64,000 bases of DNA from Trypanosoma brucei (GCA_000002445.1 CP000068.1:544001-608000), one strand, 5' to 3'. Shown: positions 19,966 to 31,900, numbered from the stretch's first letter. A program made the numbers and translations. Notes: generated from the sequence alone by a model not told the origin.

Positions 19966-20289
19966 ATGTCGCAGCAGCTTGCATGCACATACGCCTCCTT
20001 GATACTCTCTGGCAGCGGGAATGTTGACGCCGCGAAGCTGCTTGCCGTAACAAATGCTGCTGGCGTTACTGTCAGTAAAGGTATGGCAGAAGCTTTTGCC
20101 TCAATTCTTGGTGGTATTTCCATTGATGAGGTTCTTGGCAATATTGCGTTCGGTGGTGGTGCGCCTGTTGCGTCTAGTGGAGGCGCCGCTGCTGCTGCTC
20201 CTGCCGCCGGTGGCGCACCTGCTGCCGCTGCTCCTGCAAAGGAGGAAGAGGAAGATGATGATGATATGGGCTTCGGTCTTTTTGACTAA
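19966..20289 (+). CDS. RPLP2: 60S acidic ribosomal protein P2.
   Basis: 107 aa with an Ala/Gly-rich hinge and the diagnostic acidic C-terminus EEEEDDDDMGFGLFD of ribosomal P proteins. ATG at 19966. Confidence 0.9.
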   Translation: MSQQLACTYASLILSGSGNVDAAKLLAVTNAAGVTVSKGMAEAFASILGGISIDEVLGNIAFGGGAPVASSGGAAAAAPAAGGAPAAAAPAKEEEEDDDDMGFGLFD

Positions 20290-20979
20290 GCGCGCTCCTA
20301 GCAGTGTGATTGTTGCTCGCACAGAAAGAGAGTTTGTTTCATTCCTTTTTTTAATTTTTATTTGTTCTTTGTTTTCAAGTAACTGGTACACGCTGTGGCC
20401 ACCCTGTTGACAGTTTAAAAAAAAACCTATTGTGTTTTAGTGTATGTTTTGTTTTGCAAACACGAAACGCTGCTTTCTAAAAAAAAAAATCACTTTTAGC
20501 ACCTTTTAAACGACACCTCCTATCACTCTCCAGTAAGGCAAAAAGATAGAAGATATATAATGGCGATCATACACCTGGTGGCTTTCTTTTCAAAGACTTT
20601 GCGTATCAGTTAATTACGTTTACGACATGACGTCTTTGCGAGTGCAACCTACTTGTTGGGTAAGTGTGCACTTGGCTGTTTTTGCTTATCGGTTCTTGTA
20701 TTGTGTTTAAAGGGCAGTGCCTCTGATGTCAGAATGTGTGGTGTGTGTTGCTGTGATCCGTCATCATACGCTACAGTTTTGTATGGTCGATGGCCGTATT
20801 TATGTACAGTAAAGAAAATGTGAGCGATGTCTGCAATATTATTTACTGGATACTCTGCCCAAGTGCTGTTTGTGGACGTGATTCTATGATGTTTGTAAAC
20901 TGTTAATTGTCGCTGTCACTAACCGTACATAATGCTCTACTGTGTGGACACGCTTGTTTACTCTAGTGTGTATGCGTGT

Positions 20980-23816
20980 ATGTGTGTGTGCTATTGATGT
21001 GCTTGCTTCCAACAACACTCGTTCTGTCTACCTTTGTTTACTCTTGTTAGACTCTCGAAGCGATTACCGTGCAATATTTCGTTGATAACAAGGTGGAATG
21101 ATGTGTACCGCAACCGTTATGAGGACTCCCTCTGCGGTTTTGTGCCTGCTGCTTGCGGCAACCCTGACTCTCAGCACTCCCGTTGCCGTTCGCGGGGAAG
21201 TGCTTAAGGATGCGACCCCTGCAGTTGTGACAGTCTGGTATAACGCCACGAGCGGCGGTTTCTATGCTACGGATGGTCTTGCATCTGGTAAGTATGCTGC
21301 AATCGTGAATGTGAGTAACACTTTCAACAAGACCGGTTGGGACGTTGTGACTGCTGTGGCAAACGATGGTTTCATGCATTTGCCTGGAGAAGCGGAACCG
21401 TCAGCAGAGCGCGTGCTACTGGCATACAAGGCTGTAGGTTTTGGTGAAGGCTACGCCACGTATGAGAGCATGAAGGCTTCCATAAACAATACGTTTGAGG
21501 GTCCTGAGGGTCTCTCTGCGCTTTTGTCTGATGCGCCGCAGGCACAACACTGGATTGAAGAGCACGTTCGGTATATGGACGCTGCGAAGTTCGAGAGCAG
21601 TGCATTCTACACCCAGCTGCGAAACATGTTAGCTCTCATTGATGGTATGGTTGCTGGTTACAACGCTCGTGCCCCTGCTGACGAACGGTTGGATCGGATG
21701 AAGCTGTTAATGTACAACATGCAAGCAGAGATTGGTGACATTGTGAGGGCCACATCCCCTGCGGAGGTATTGGATGATATGCGTCAGATGATGCCGCGGT
21801 GGTTTGTTGACACCCACTGTTCTGCCTTTGTAAAGGTCGTAAAGGATGACATCTACTTTGGTCACGCCACGTGGAGCAGCTTCAATACTATGTTGAGGCA
21901 GTACAAAACGTATGCCTTCGGCGGGCGCTTCGTTACCATGTCATCTTACCCAGGTTTGGCGCACAGTGTGGATGATTGGTACATGACACACAAGCGCCTC
22001 GCAGTCATGGAGACCACCAACGTCATACACAATGCAACGCTGCTGCGCAACCATGTCGGTTCCTCTAGCGTGGCTACGTTTCTGCGTGCGATGATCGCGA
22101 ACTTCATTGCGGTGGACGCCCCCTCATGGGTGTCGAACTTCAGCAGGGAAAGCAGTGGGGCGTACAACAATCAGTGGATGGTGCTCAACATGGGTGCAGT
22201 GGAGTCCGAGGCGATGTTTAAAAACATGGCACCCAACACCTTTTGGGTGTTAGAGCAGCTCCCTGGTACTGCTCCTCCGTTGGGTATAACATCTAAGGAT
22301 ATGACCAGCGTGCTGAACACCACTGGGTACTGGGCGAGTTATAACAGACCGTACTTCCCCAATGTGTACAATCTTTCAGGTACGCTGAAGATGCAGGAGG
22401 AATACGGTGACTTCTATTCTTACAAGAATTACTCACGCGCCCGGATATTTGAACGTGATCAGGGTTCTGTGGTCGATATTGAAAGCATGAAGAGGCTGAT
22501 GCGTTACAACAACTACACGAAAGACCCATTTTCTCTTATTCCCAACTGCACTGGTGCTGTTGGTATGGATGACGATGGTAATGTGACTAATGTCTGCAAG
22601 CCTCCATACAGTGCGATGCTTTCAATCGCAGCACGTGGTGATTTGAACCCTCCTGGTAATGCGACCGAGTACGGCCCACTTGTCCGAAGTGTAGGACACG
22701 TAAATAGTGGAGCTATCGATGCAAAGATAGCGACGTGGACGGGGATGGTGAAGAATCCTGAAAGTTATACTGCTCATGTTGTCTGTGGCCCGACGACCGA
22801 TAATCAACCACCGTTTCAGTGGGTGGACGGCATGTTCGATCCCATGCCCCCAACATATGGGTTGCTGAAATTGTATAACTTTAGCTTCGTAGCCATGGAG
22901 ACGCCGTTTTTTAAAAGCGATGTTGTCGACGTAGTTTGGTGGATTATTTCGGGAATTGGAATAGGAGCTACTATTTTATTACTATCTATTGTTCTTTATT
23001 ATAATACCGAGTGTAGTGTCGGTGTTGATGAGGATGAACTTCTTCCCGAAGAGGCTGAAGGTCTTATAGATCCTCAGAACTAGAAGCTATGATAATGACG
23101 CACTTACCTCTCCTCTCTTCCCGAGGTCTAGATATTGCTGAACTGATGTGATGTGCGGTGGGGAGCTGAGAGGTGCACCAGATGCAATGTACCAATGCTT
23201 TAAATGAACATTGTGTCTCCTCTGCTATGTAGGTAGTAGTTTTTATACTTGAGGGAGTAGCGTGTCTGTGTGTGGTTGCTCTGTGCTTGAAAGGGAGTGT
23301 GATGAGCGCTCCGGTTCCCGCAGAATCGGTTACAACTAAGGTAACTCTCTCCCTGATTTTGCTTGCTTCCTACGGGGATTCATATGAGGCCCGTAATGAC
23401 GGAAAAAGAAGGTGCGAGAAAGAATGGTAAGTGTAAAAAATGGGAATGGTAATAAGCGATGGATGTAGGAAGTGAGGTGTATAGGAATAGAAGAGATGAA
23501 TGTGCCCGCGCGTGAATATGTTGTGGTGGTACCAGCGATGTGGCATGTAGTGTTGGGGCGCAGTGTAGAGAAAGGAAGAGATCAGTTGCCGCATAGTTGA
23601 TGCAGCACTCCTCCCCATATCTTTTACATCCTCCTCTAGTCGTACGTTAACGCGTGGTGATTCCCTCGCATGCCATTGCCGCTGTTGCCAGTGCTGTGTT
23701 CCGTCCGTTCTGTGCGTCCCGTGAGTAATACACGGCGTAGTGTTGCATTGTTTTTGTTTTTGTTTTTGCTTACCTTCCTTTTGTTCCAACGCACATTCCA
23801 ATGCGTGTGTTTTTTA
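20980..23816 (+). repeat. Segmental duplication unit B: the second p67 gene plus flanks.
   Basis: Same boundaries as unit A, with only a few SNPs in the flanks (for example gaggtgtagat versus gaggtctagat), apart from the replaced TM-encoding patch at 22907-23029. Confidence 0.9.
21098..23083 (+). CDS. p67: p67 paralogue (661 aa). It is identical to copy 1 except for T41A, a V-to-A change, and a replaced transmembrane segment (FFKSDVVDVVWWIISGIGIGATILLLSIVLYYNTECSVGVD).
   Basis: The nucleotide sequence is near-identical to 17028..18836. The two copies diverge over about 120 bp (22907-23029) and reconverge on the shared tail, DEDELLPEEAEGLIDPQN. Confidence 0.85.
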   Translation: MMCTATVMRTPSAVLCLLLAATLTLSTPVAVRGEVLKDATPAVVTVWYNATSGGFYATDGLASGKYAAIVNVSNTFNKTGWDVVTAVANDGFMHLPGEAEPSAERVLLAYKAVGFGEGYATYESMKASINNTFEGPEGLSALLSDAPQAQHWIEEHVRYMDAAKFESSAFYTQLRNMLALIDGMVAGYNARAPADERLDRMKLLMYNMQAEIGDIVRATSPAEVLDDMRQMMPRWFVDTHCSAFVKVVKDDIYFGHATWSSFNTMLRQYKTYAFGGRFVTMSSYPGLAHSVDDWYMTHKRLAVMETTNVIHNATLLRNHVGSSSVATFLRAMIANFIAVDAPSWVSNFSRESSGAYNNQWMVLNMGAVESEAMFKNMAPNTFWVLEQLPGTAPPLGITSKDMTSVLNTTGYWASYNRPYFPNVYNLSGTLKMQEEYGDFYSYKNYSRARIFERDQGSVVDIESMKRLMRYNNYTKDPFSLIPNCTGAVGMDDDGNVTNVCKPPYSAMLSIAARGDLNPPGNATEYGPLVRSVGHVNSGAIDAKIATWTGMVKNPESYTAHVVCGPTTDNQPPFQWVDGMFDPMPPTYGLLKLYNFSFVAMETPFFKSDVVDVVWWIISGIGIGATILLLSIVLYYNTECSVGVDEDELLPEEAEGLIDPQN

Positions 23817-24540
23817 GCGTACTGTAGTTGATTCATTTGTGGCGGTCGTTTTGCGTTGGTGTCATTTGTTCGTGTAATTTGTTGTTGTTGTTGAAGCAGC
23901 CTGCAGTTGCCAATTTTTTGTCTTTGATTTTTTTAAAAAATTTTTCGTTTGTTATGGTTTTGTTGTTCTATATCTTTTTTAAAATTTCTTTCCTTTCCTT
24001 TTATATTTCTTCGTTAAGTGGCTTTCATTGTGGTGGTGCTAATGCTTTTTTCCCTTGACGGGCTGCTTGTGTATGGTAACGGGGAAGGTGATGAAAGTGA
24101 ATCCTTACACAGCAACCTTAATGTTTCGGAGGGACGCCAATTAGTTTCATTGTATCGTTTGATGCATCGCCTTCATTGTACGGAGGAACGTGATACGGAG
24201 GAAGAAGGTACTCATCCCGTAGTATTTGCCAAATTTTTGGGAGCACAATGGAATGGGCCGTCGTCGGTGCATGATGATGTTGTGCCAACTGCCGGCGTCA
24301 TTGTTAATAATAACATCAATAGGGCTGCAAATGGCATGGAAGACATGTTTATACGCGAAGGGGCAGATGGTGGCTTCAGTAATGGCGCGTTAACTGTCAG
24401 CACGTCTACGCGAACTCTCGGATGCGTTCAGGTACCGTTGGATGATGCAAATGCCGTTTTGTTCTCGTGCACGGCATCCGATACAATGAGGCGGGAGGTA
24501 TGATTAGCTAAAGAGGACTCGATGCAAACCAAGACTTCCA

Positions 24541-24800
24541 ATGGATAATACTTTTCCGTTCTTTCTTTCTGTCCATTCAATTTTGTCATTATCTTTTCTT
24601 GTGCCTTTCCCTTTTGTGTCAGTCTGTTTTCGTGTTGGTTTGCGTGCGTTTTCTCTTCTTCTTTCGTTTCGCCTCTATCTTGTTACGTATATATTTGTAT
24701 ATGTTTCTTGTCCTGTTGTTTAGTTTATTCTAATTCCATTTTATTGTATTCCTTTGCTTCTCTTCTCTTTCCTTTTTCTTATTGTTTCTTTCAGTGGTGG
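24541..24800 (+). promoter_or_regulatory. A pyrimidine-rich region about 260 bp long in the 2.1 kb intergenic region between p67 copy 2 and the giant repeat gene.
   Basis: Almost uninterrupted C/T content (ttttccgttctttctttctgtccattcaattttgtcattatcttttcttgtgcctttccc...). Confidence 0.45.
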
Positions 24801-25156
24801 ACAAGTTAAAAAAAAAAAAGAATAGAATAACAAGAAGAAAACAAAGTGAAACAAAAAAAAGGAAAAGGTAAAAGCGGCCGCCCGGCTCTTCCACCGTAGA
24901 GCCCCGTTTTTTTTAATAAAAAGGTTGTCGCTTTCTCTTTGGTTTCTTTTTGCCACTGTTGCTGGGGAAATATTGAACTGTTTTCCCTCTTCTTTTTTTT
25001 TTTCGTATTCCCTCCGTGAGGTTGTAATTCTGTCAACATTTAATATTTTCCGGCTCTTGAGAGAACGCCACCAGTCATATAAATATTTACAATTTTGTTC
25101 AAAAGTAAATCTCTTTTTTTTTTTGCGGTGTGATTTGTAACAAACAACAACAACAA

Positions 25157-25184
25157 GGAGGGAGGGAGGGAGGGGGGGGGGAAG
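25157..25184 (+). repeat. G-rich tract GGAGGGAGGGAGGGAGGGGGGGGGG; a potential G-quadruplex motif.
   Basis: At least four consecutive G3+ runs separated by single A residues, in the long intergenic region upstream of the giant repeat-protein gene. Confidence 0.6.
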
Positions 25185-25920
25185 GTTACTAAAATAGTAG
25201 AGAATTGTGTGTGTGGAACCTCCTGCCCAACTTTAGCCGCATTTTTCTTTTTTACTTTCTCAGTCATTTGTTTTCCCGACTCCGTTTGGTCTTTTTTGTT
25301 TCTTTGTTTTGTTATTATTATCATTATTACCTTAGGTGCCGAAGAGGGACGTACAAGCGCCCCTCTTTTCCCCCCATCAACCCCCCCAAAAAAAAGTGAA
25401 TATTTAAGTTACCAGTACCAACATCAAAAGTGTCATAAAACAGTGAAAGTTTGATTTCAACTAGGCGTGCGTTGCAAGTGGGCAAAGAAAATAAATAAAT
25501 AAATAATAATAGCGAGGAAATATATCGCAGTCCGTGAGGAAAAAAAAACGGTAGAAAAAAACGAAAGAGGTTGGGAGGAACTTAACTGACGCAAAGGAGA
25601 AAAAGGAAAAAGAAAAGAGCAGCGTTCTCCTTAGCCAACACCCTCGTTTACTTATTGGCTCATTTTCTTTTTTTTAAAGAGCTCGTTTTTGTATTTTCAT
25701 TGCTTGAACTACGTTATTATTATTGCAGGCAGTGGAAGAGGAAGGGCGGACGAAAAAAAAAACAAGAAAACAGGACTGAAGCATTTTGGGGATATTTTCT
25801 TTCTTTTTGTTACTCCTTCTGCACAAGTACGCAACGAAAAACTACGGGGGAAAAAACTGTTTTGTCCATAAATATCAATATAAAAATATATCTGTTGAAA
25901 ACACGTGCATCAGCGTCGTG

Positions 25921-28900
25921 ATGCAACAACAGCAACAACAGAAACACTTGGTAGGCTCCGGCGCTACGAACAACACAATGGGTAGAGTTGATTTCTTACA
26001 ATTACCCGCTTCATGTAATGCTGAAGGCAGCAGCAGGTGGCGTTGGCGGTTTCAAACACAGCAACAGCGGCATCAACACGGTGACAGTGACAGCGGTGAA
26101 GGTGAAGATGGAGGAGTTTTTTATAACGTTCAGAGAGTTGAGGATGATGGGAAGGAGACTGACATCATGTATGTTGCTAAAACTATAGGAAACGAAGTGC
26201 TTCACCATGAAGTAACCCCACGTTACCCAAACAGTCGCAGCTCCATAAATGACGAGTTATCATCTGCGACCGGAAGCAGCAGCAGCAATGATATATGTGA
26301 GGAGCCCCTCCCTCTTTACTTTATCCGTAATGCGGGGAAGCGCAGGATCGGCCCCGTGTGCGAGTCCGTCACGGAGAAAGAACGAACCCACTTTTCCACC
26401 GAGAGTGTCAGAAAAGCCGATATTACCCCGCCTACTGAACCTTTACAGGTGGAAATAATATCAAAACGAACCTCATACATCGGCTTACATGTATTTCAGG
26501 AACAGAATGAGATTGTGGCGCACGTAGAAGAAGAGAAACACAGCAGCGACGATTCCGATTACCGAGAACAACGTGAAGGCGACACCCCAATGGTCCCAAG
26601 CTTTGTGTACTACAGTGCGCCGCGCCGCGGGCAACACACTTCTGAAAGCGAGGAATATGCCACAGAGTTTGATGAGAGTTGCGCACCAGCAACAAACAAT
26701 GAACACCACCACGCGTCACCACTAAAACCAACACTAATAAAAAAACGATGTTATATACCTGTACCCTCACCACCCGAAGGCCATACAAAGGTCAGCATGA
26801 GTTACCATACATCCATACAATCAGCAACACCACCTTCGGAAATAACATCGCCATTGCAAGTTAGCTTTATACGCAGCAAGTTATGCGGTAACTACAGGTC
26901 AGAAGCTGAGGCACAGCTTCCGATGAGTATTGAAGCGATAAAAGGTGCTTTCCAGAGGTCAGATAAGTCAGCAAAAGCAACGCTGCCCCCGTCTATGAGA
27001 CGGCAAGCAAGGGAGTGCAAGCCACAGCGTCAGCAGCAACCTGAATGCTTTCGTGAGCGAAGAGAAGTAAGTTCTTCTTCATCTGAAGACGAATACAACG
27101 GAGTGATGATACCCGCAAAAGAAGGCAGGAGGAATGCACACACATTTAAAAAGGTTAACACTGTCAGAGAACAAGAACACAAAAACGGGGGTCTAAAAGA
27201 AGAGCAACAGATGAGGGAGAGCGATATTCAAAAGAATAGAGCACAACAAGTTGTTTTTGGTTTTATGCCAAAGCAAAATCACAAACACACAGAGGTGCAC
27301 GAAGCATGTGATGAGCAAATGCCAGTGAGTGTGTGTGGTATTCTCGAACAACCACTTTCTATGGCTCATGTGTTTGACAGCTTAATGAAAGATGCGGAGG
27401 TGCACGAAGCATGTGATGAGCAAATGCCAGTGAATGTGTGTGATATTCTCGAACAACCACTTTCTATGGCTCATGTGTTTGACAGCTTAATGAAAGATGC
27501 GGAGGTGCACGAAGCATGTGATGAGCAAATGCCAGTGAATGTGTGTGATATTCTCGAACAACCACTTTCCATGGCTCATGTGTTTGACAGCTTAATGAAA
27601 GATGCGGAGGTGCACGAAGCATGTGATGAGCAAATGCCAGTGAATGTGTGTGATATTCTCGAACAACCACTTTCTATGGCTCATGTGTTTGACAGCTTAA
27701 TGAAAGATGCGGAGGTGCACGAAGCATGTGATGAGCAAATGCCAGTGAGTGTGTGTGATATTCTCGAACAACCACTTTCCATGGCTCATGTGTTTGACAG
27801 CTTAATGAAAGATGCGGAGGTGCACGAAGCATGTGATGAGCAAATGCCAGTGAGTGTGTGTGGTATTCTCGAACAACCACTTTCCATGGCTCATGTGTTT
27901 GACAGCTTAATGAAAGATGCGGAGGTGCACGAAGCATGTGATGAGCAAATGCCAGTGAATGTGTGTGATATTCTCGAACAACCACTTTCTATGGCTCATG
28001 TGTTTGACAGCTTAATGAAAGATGCGGAGGTGCACGAAGCATGTGATGAGCAAATGCCAGTGAATGTGTGTGATATTCTCGAACAACCACTTTCCATGGC
28101 TCATGTGTTTGACAGCTTAATGAAAGATGCGGAGGTGCACGAAGCATGTGATGAGCAAATGCCAGTGAATGTGTGTGATATTCTCGAACAACCACTTTCT
28201 ATGGCTCATGTGTTTGACAGCTTAATGAAAGATGCGGAGGTGCACGAAGCATGTGATGAGCAAATGCCAGTGAGTGTGTGTGATATTCTCGAACAACCAC
28301 TTTCCATGGCTCATGTGTTTGACAGCTTAATGAAAGATGCGGAGGTGCACGAAGCATGTGATGAGCAAATGCCAGTGAATGTGTGTGATATTCTCGAACA
28401 ACCACTTTCTATGGCTCATGTGTTTGACAGCTTAATGAAAGATGCGGAGGTGCACGAAGCATGTGATGAGCAAATGCCAGTGAATGTGTGTGATATTCTC
28501 GAACAACCACTTTCCATGGCTCATGTGTTTGACAGCTTAATGAAAGATGCGGAGGTGCACGAAGCATGTGATGAGCAAATGCCAGTGAGTGTGTGTGATA
28601 TTCTCGAACAACCACTTTCCATGGCTCATGTGTTTGACAGCTTAATGAAAGATGCGGAGGTGCACGAAGCATGTGATGAGCAAATGCCAGTGAGTGTGTG
28701 TGGTATTCTCGAACAACCACTTTCCATGGCTCATGTGTTTGACAGCTTAATGAAAGATGCGGAGGTGCACGAAGCATGTGATGAGCAAATGCCAGTGAGT
28801 GTGTGTGGTATTCTCGAACAACCACTTTCCATGGCTCATGTGTTTGACAGCTTAATGAAAGATGCGGAGGTGCACGAAGCATGTGATGAGCAAATGCCAG

Positions 28901-31900
28901 TGAATGTGTGTGGTATTCTCGAACAACCACTTTCTATGGCTCATGTGTTTGACAGCTTAATGAAAGATGCGGAGGTGCACGAAGCATGTGATGAGCAAAT
29001 GCCAGTGAATGTGTGTGATATTCTCGAACAACCACTTTCCATGGCTCATGTGTTTGACAGCTTAATGAAAGATGCGGAGGTGCACGAAGCATGTGATGAG
29101 CAAATGCCAGTGAGTGTGTGTGGTATTCTCGAACAACCACTTTCCATGGCTGATGTGTTTGACAGCTTAATGAAAGATGCGGAGGTGCACGAAGCATGTG
29201 ATGAGCAAATGCCAGTGAATGTGTGTGGTATTCTCGAACAACCACTTTCCATGGCTCATGTGTTTGACAGCTTAATGAAAGATGCGGAGGTGCACGAAGC
29301 ATGTGATGAGCAAATGCCAGTGAATGTGTGTGATATTCTCGAACAACCACTTTCCATGGCTCATGTGTTTGACAGCTTAATGAAAGATGCGGAGGTGCAC
29401 GAAGCATGTGATGAGCAAATGCCAGTGAGTGTGTGTGGTATTCTCGAACAACCACTTTCTATGGCTCATGTGTTTGACAGCTTAATGAAAGATGCGGAGG
29501 TGCACGAAGCATGTGATGAGCAAATGCCAGTGAGTGTGTGTGGTATTCTCGAACAACCACTTTCCATGGCTCATGTGTTTGACAGCTTAATGAAAGATGC
29601 GGAGGTGCACGAAGCATGTGATGAGCAAATGCCAGTGAATGTGTGTGATATTCTCGAACAACCACTTTCCATGGCTCATGTGTTTGACAGCTTAATGAAA
29701 GATGCGGAGGTGCACGAAGCATGTGATGAGCAAATGCCAGTGAGTGTGTGTGGTATTCTCGAACAACCACTTTCTATGGCTCATGTGTTTGACAGCTTAA
29801 TGAAAGATGCGGAGGTGCACGAAGCATGTGATGAGCAAATGCCAGTGAATGTGTGTGATATTCTCGAACAACCACTTTCTATGGCTCATGTGTTTGACAG
29901 CTTAATGAAAGATGCGGAGGTGCACGAAGCATGTGATGAGCAAATGCCAGTGAATGTGTGTGATATTCTCGAACAACCACTTTCCATGGCTGATGTGTTT
30001 GACAGCTTAATGAAAGATGCGGAGGTGCACGAAGCATGTGATGAGCAAATGCCAGTGAGTGTGTGTGGTATTCTCGAACAACCACTTTCCATGGCTCATG
30101 TGTTTGACAGCTTAATGAAAGATGCGGAGGTGCACGAAGCATGTGATGAGCAAATGCCAGTGAGTGTGTGTGGTATTCTCGAACAACCACTTTCCATGGC
30201 TCATGTGTTTGACAGCTTAATGAAAGATGCGGAGGTGCACGAAGCATGTGATGAGCAAATGCCAGTGAATGTGTGTGATATTCTCGAACAACCACTTTCC
30301 ATGGCTGATGTGTTTGACAGCTTAATGAAAGATGCGGAGGTGCACGAAGCATGTGATGAGCAAATGCCAGTGAGTGTGTGTGGTATTCTCGAACAACCAC
30401 TTTCTATGGCTCATGTGTTTGACAGCTTAATGAAAGATGCGGAGGTGCACGAAGCATGTGATGAAAAAACAATCTTACTTGTTGTGCGTGAGACAAATGT
30501 GGTTGTACATCAACTGTGCGCTGAGAGAGAGCTGTCTCCGCTATTGAGGTTTGGTCGGTATTTGAAGTCGGTTATTGGTACCGTTTGCAGTGTTGTAGGT
30601 GGGGTAGTCGGGTTAGGGACTTTATCTCCCCATCTTTTTAAGGGCTTCGTCGTGGAGGGGAAGAAGACTTCGTGTTTAATACCGAGGGTTTCTGGATATC
30701 CCTTCAAGAAGTGCTCTTACTTACCAAAGGGGTCATTGATGGTTGTTATGTTGATGGATGCTGAAGGGCGGCAGGTCCTCACAAAACATTTCGTATTGAA
30801 TAGTGGTAGCCTTGGTCTTTTCAAGGAATTAACTGTAATGGCAGATGAGGATGCGGCCTCGCGGCAGGACAGGGTGTTGAACGTAAGCCGAAGGTTGCGA
30901 AATGCCGTAAAACTCATTGGTGGTATCGAGGGTTGTGTGAGTGTGGCAGATTCACCTCAGAACCCGGGGAGGTTGAGGCTCCAAGTGATGCCGAGGCACG
31001 TTCGCACCTCCAAGCTGATTTCGTTGTGGGAAGTGAGCGTGATTCCTAGTATAATAATCACCGAAATTGCAAGTAAGCCGGACCTTTTTTTGTTTAGTTT
31101 GAGTGGTGGGATTGCACACTATTCCATGAAAGTCCCCCGTGCCGCATGTAGAGGCGACACGCGTAACATGTCGTGGATTTATGAAAAAGGAGAGATTCAA
31201 ACTGACGCATTGGATAAGCTGTCGGTGCGACGATGCCGACACAGACCCAACTGTGGAGATGGGTTGTCCACCCATTGTTTGACTGTAGAGGCGGTGCAAA
31301 ACCTTATGCACGGTGAAATGGTGGAAGTCGGCCTCGAGCATCTTTCCGGTTCCAAGGGGGAAACGTCGAGGCAAGAGTGCGGTAACTCTTTGACAAATGG
31401 AAGAGGGAGGTCAACCTCATCAGTTGCAATATCTGCAGTACCAGACGTGAGAGAGTCCGCTATCGACGACCAGGTTATGAGGGTGGTGCCGTGGTCGCCA
31501 AGCGCATTCGTGCGTGACCCGATAGTATCGCGGGATCGACGGGTTCTTGGCCACAGCGATGCTCCGCGGCTGTCGCCGTCGTTAGGCTCACTGTCCTTAG
31601 CGACAGGTGAAAGTGACCAGCATCCAGCGCACTGCGCATTGGTACGACTGGGGCCGTTGTCGTCGGCAAAACAGGAAACCAGGACCAACGAAAACCGGGT
31701 GGGGGCACTGCAGGTCGCCGGGGACGACACAAGCTTGAATGGGTTGTATGAACGAAAGAGATTGGGTCTACTGGACTTCGTGCGAGCTGGCAGACCTGAC
31801 GCCCCAAAAACCAAGGTCCTTTCCGACAGAACGCAGAGCGGAAGTGACTCTCCACAAGGAATGGGCGTTCGGCTGCCGCGTACGGCTGTTGCCAGACAAT

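Noticed and set aside
24018-24503. 161-aa ORF (GTG start; first ATG at 24042) in the long intergenic region.
   Set aside because: I did not list it as a feature. It has no similarity, sits in an AT-rich, low-complexity context, and has a non-ATG track start. I kept it only as a low-priority candidate in the findings.
27464-30400. A series of minus-strand ORFs (68-173 aa, MVVREYHTHSLAFAHHMLRAPPHLSLSCQTHEP...) tiling the repeat array.
   Set aside because: They are antisense reading-frame artefacts of the 105-bp tandem repeat, produced because the repeat lacks stops in that frame. The same peptide is repeated, and there is no independent coding signal.
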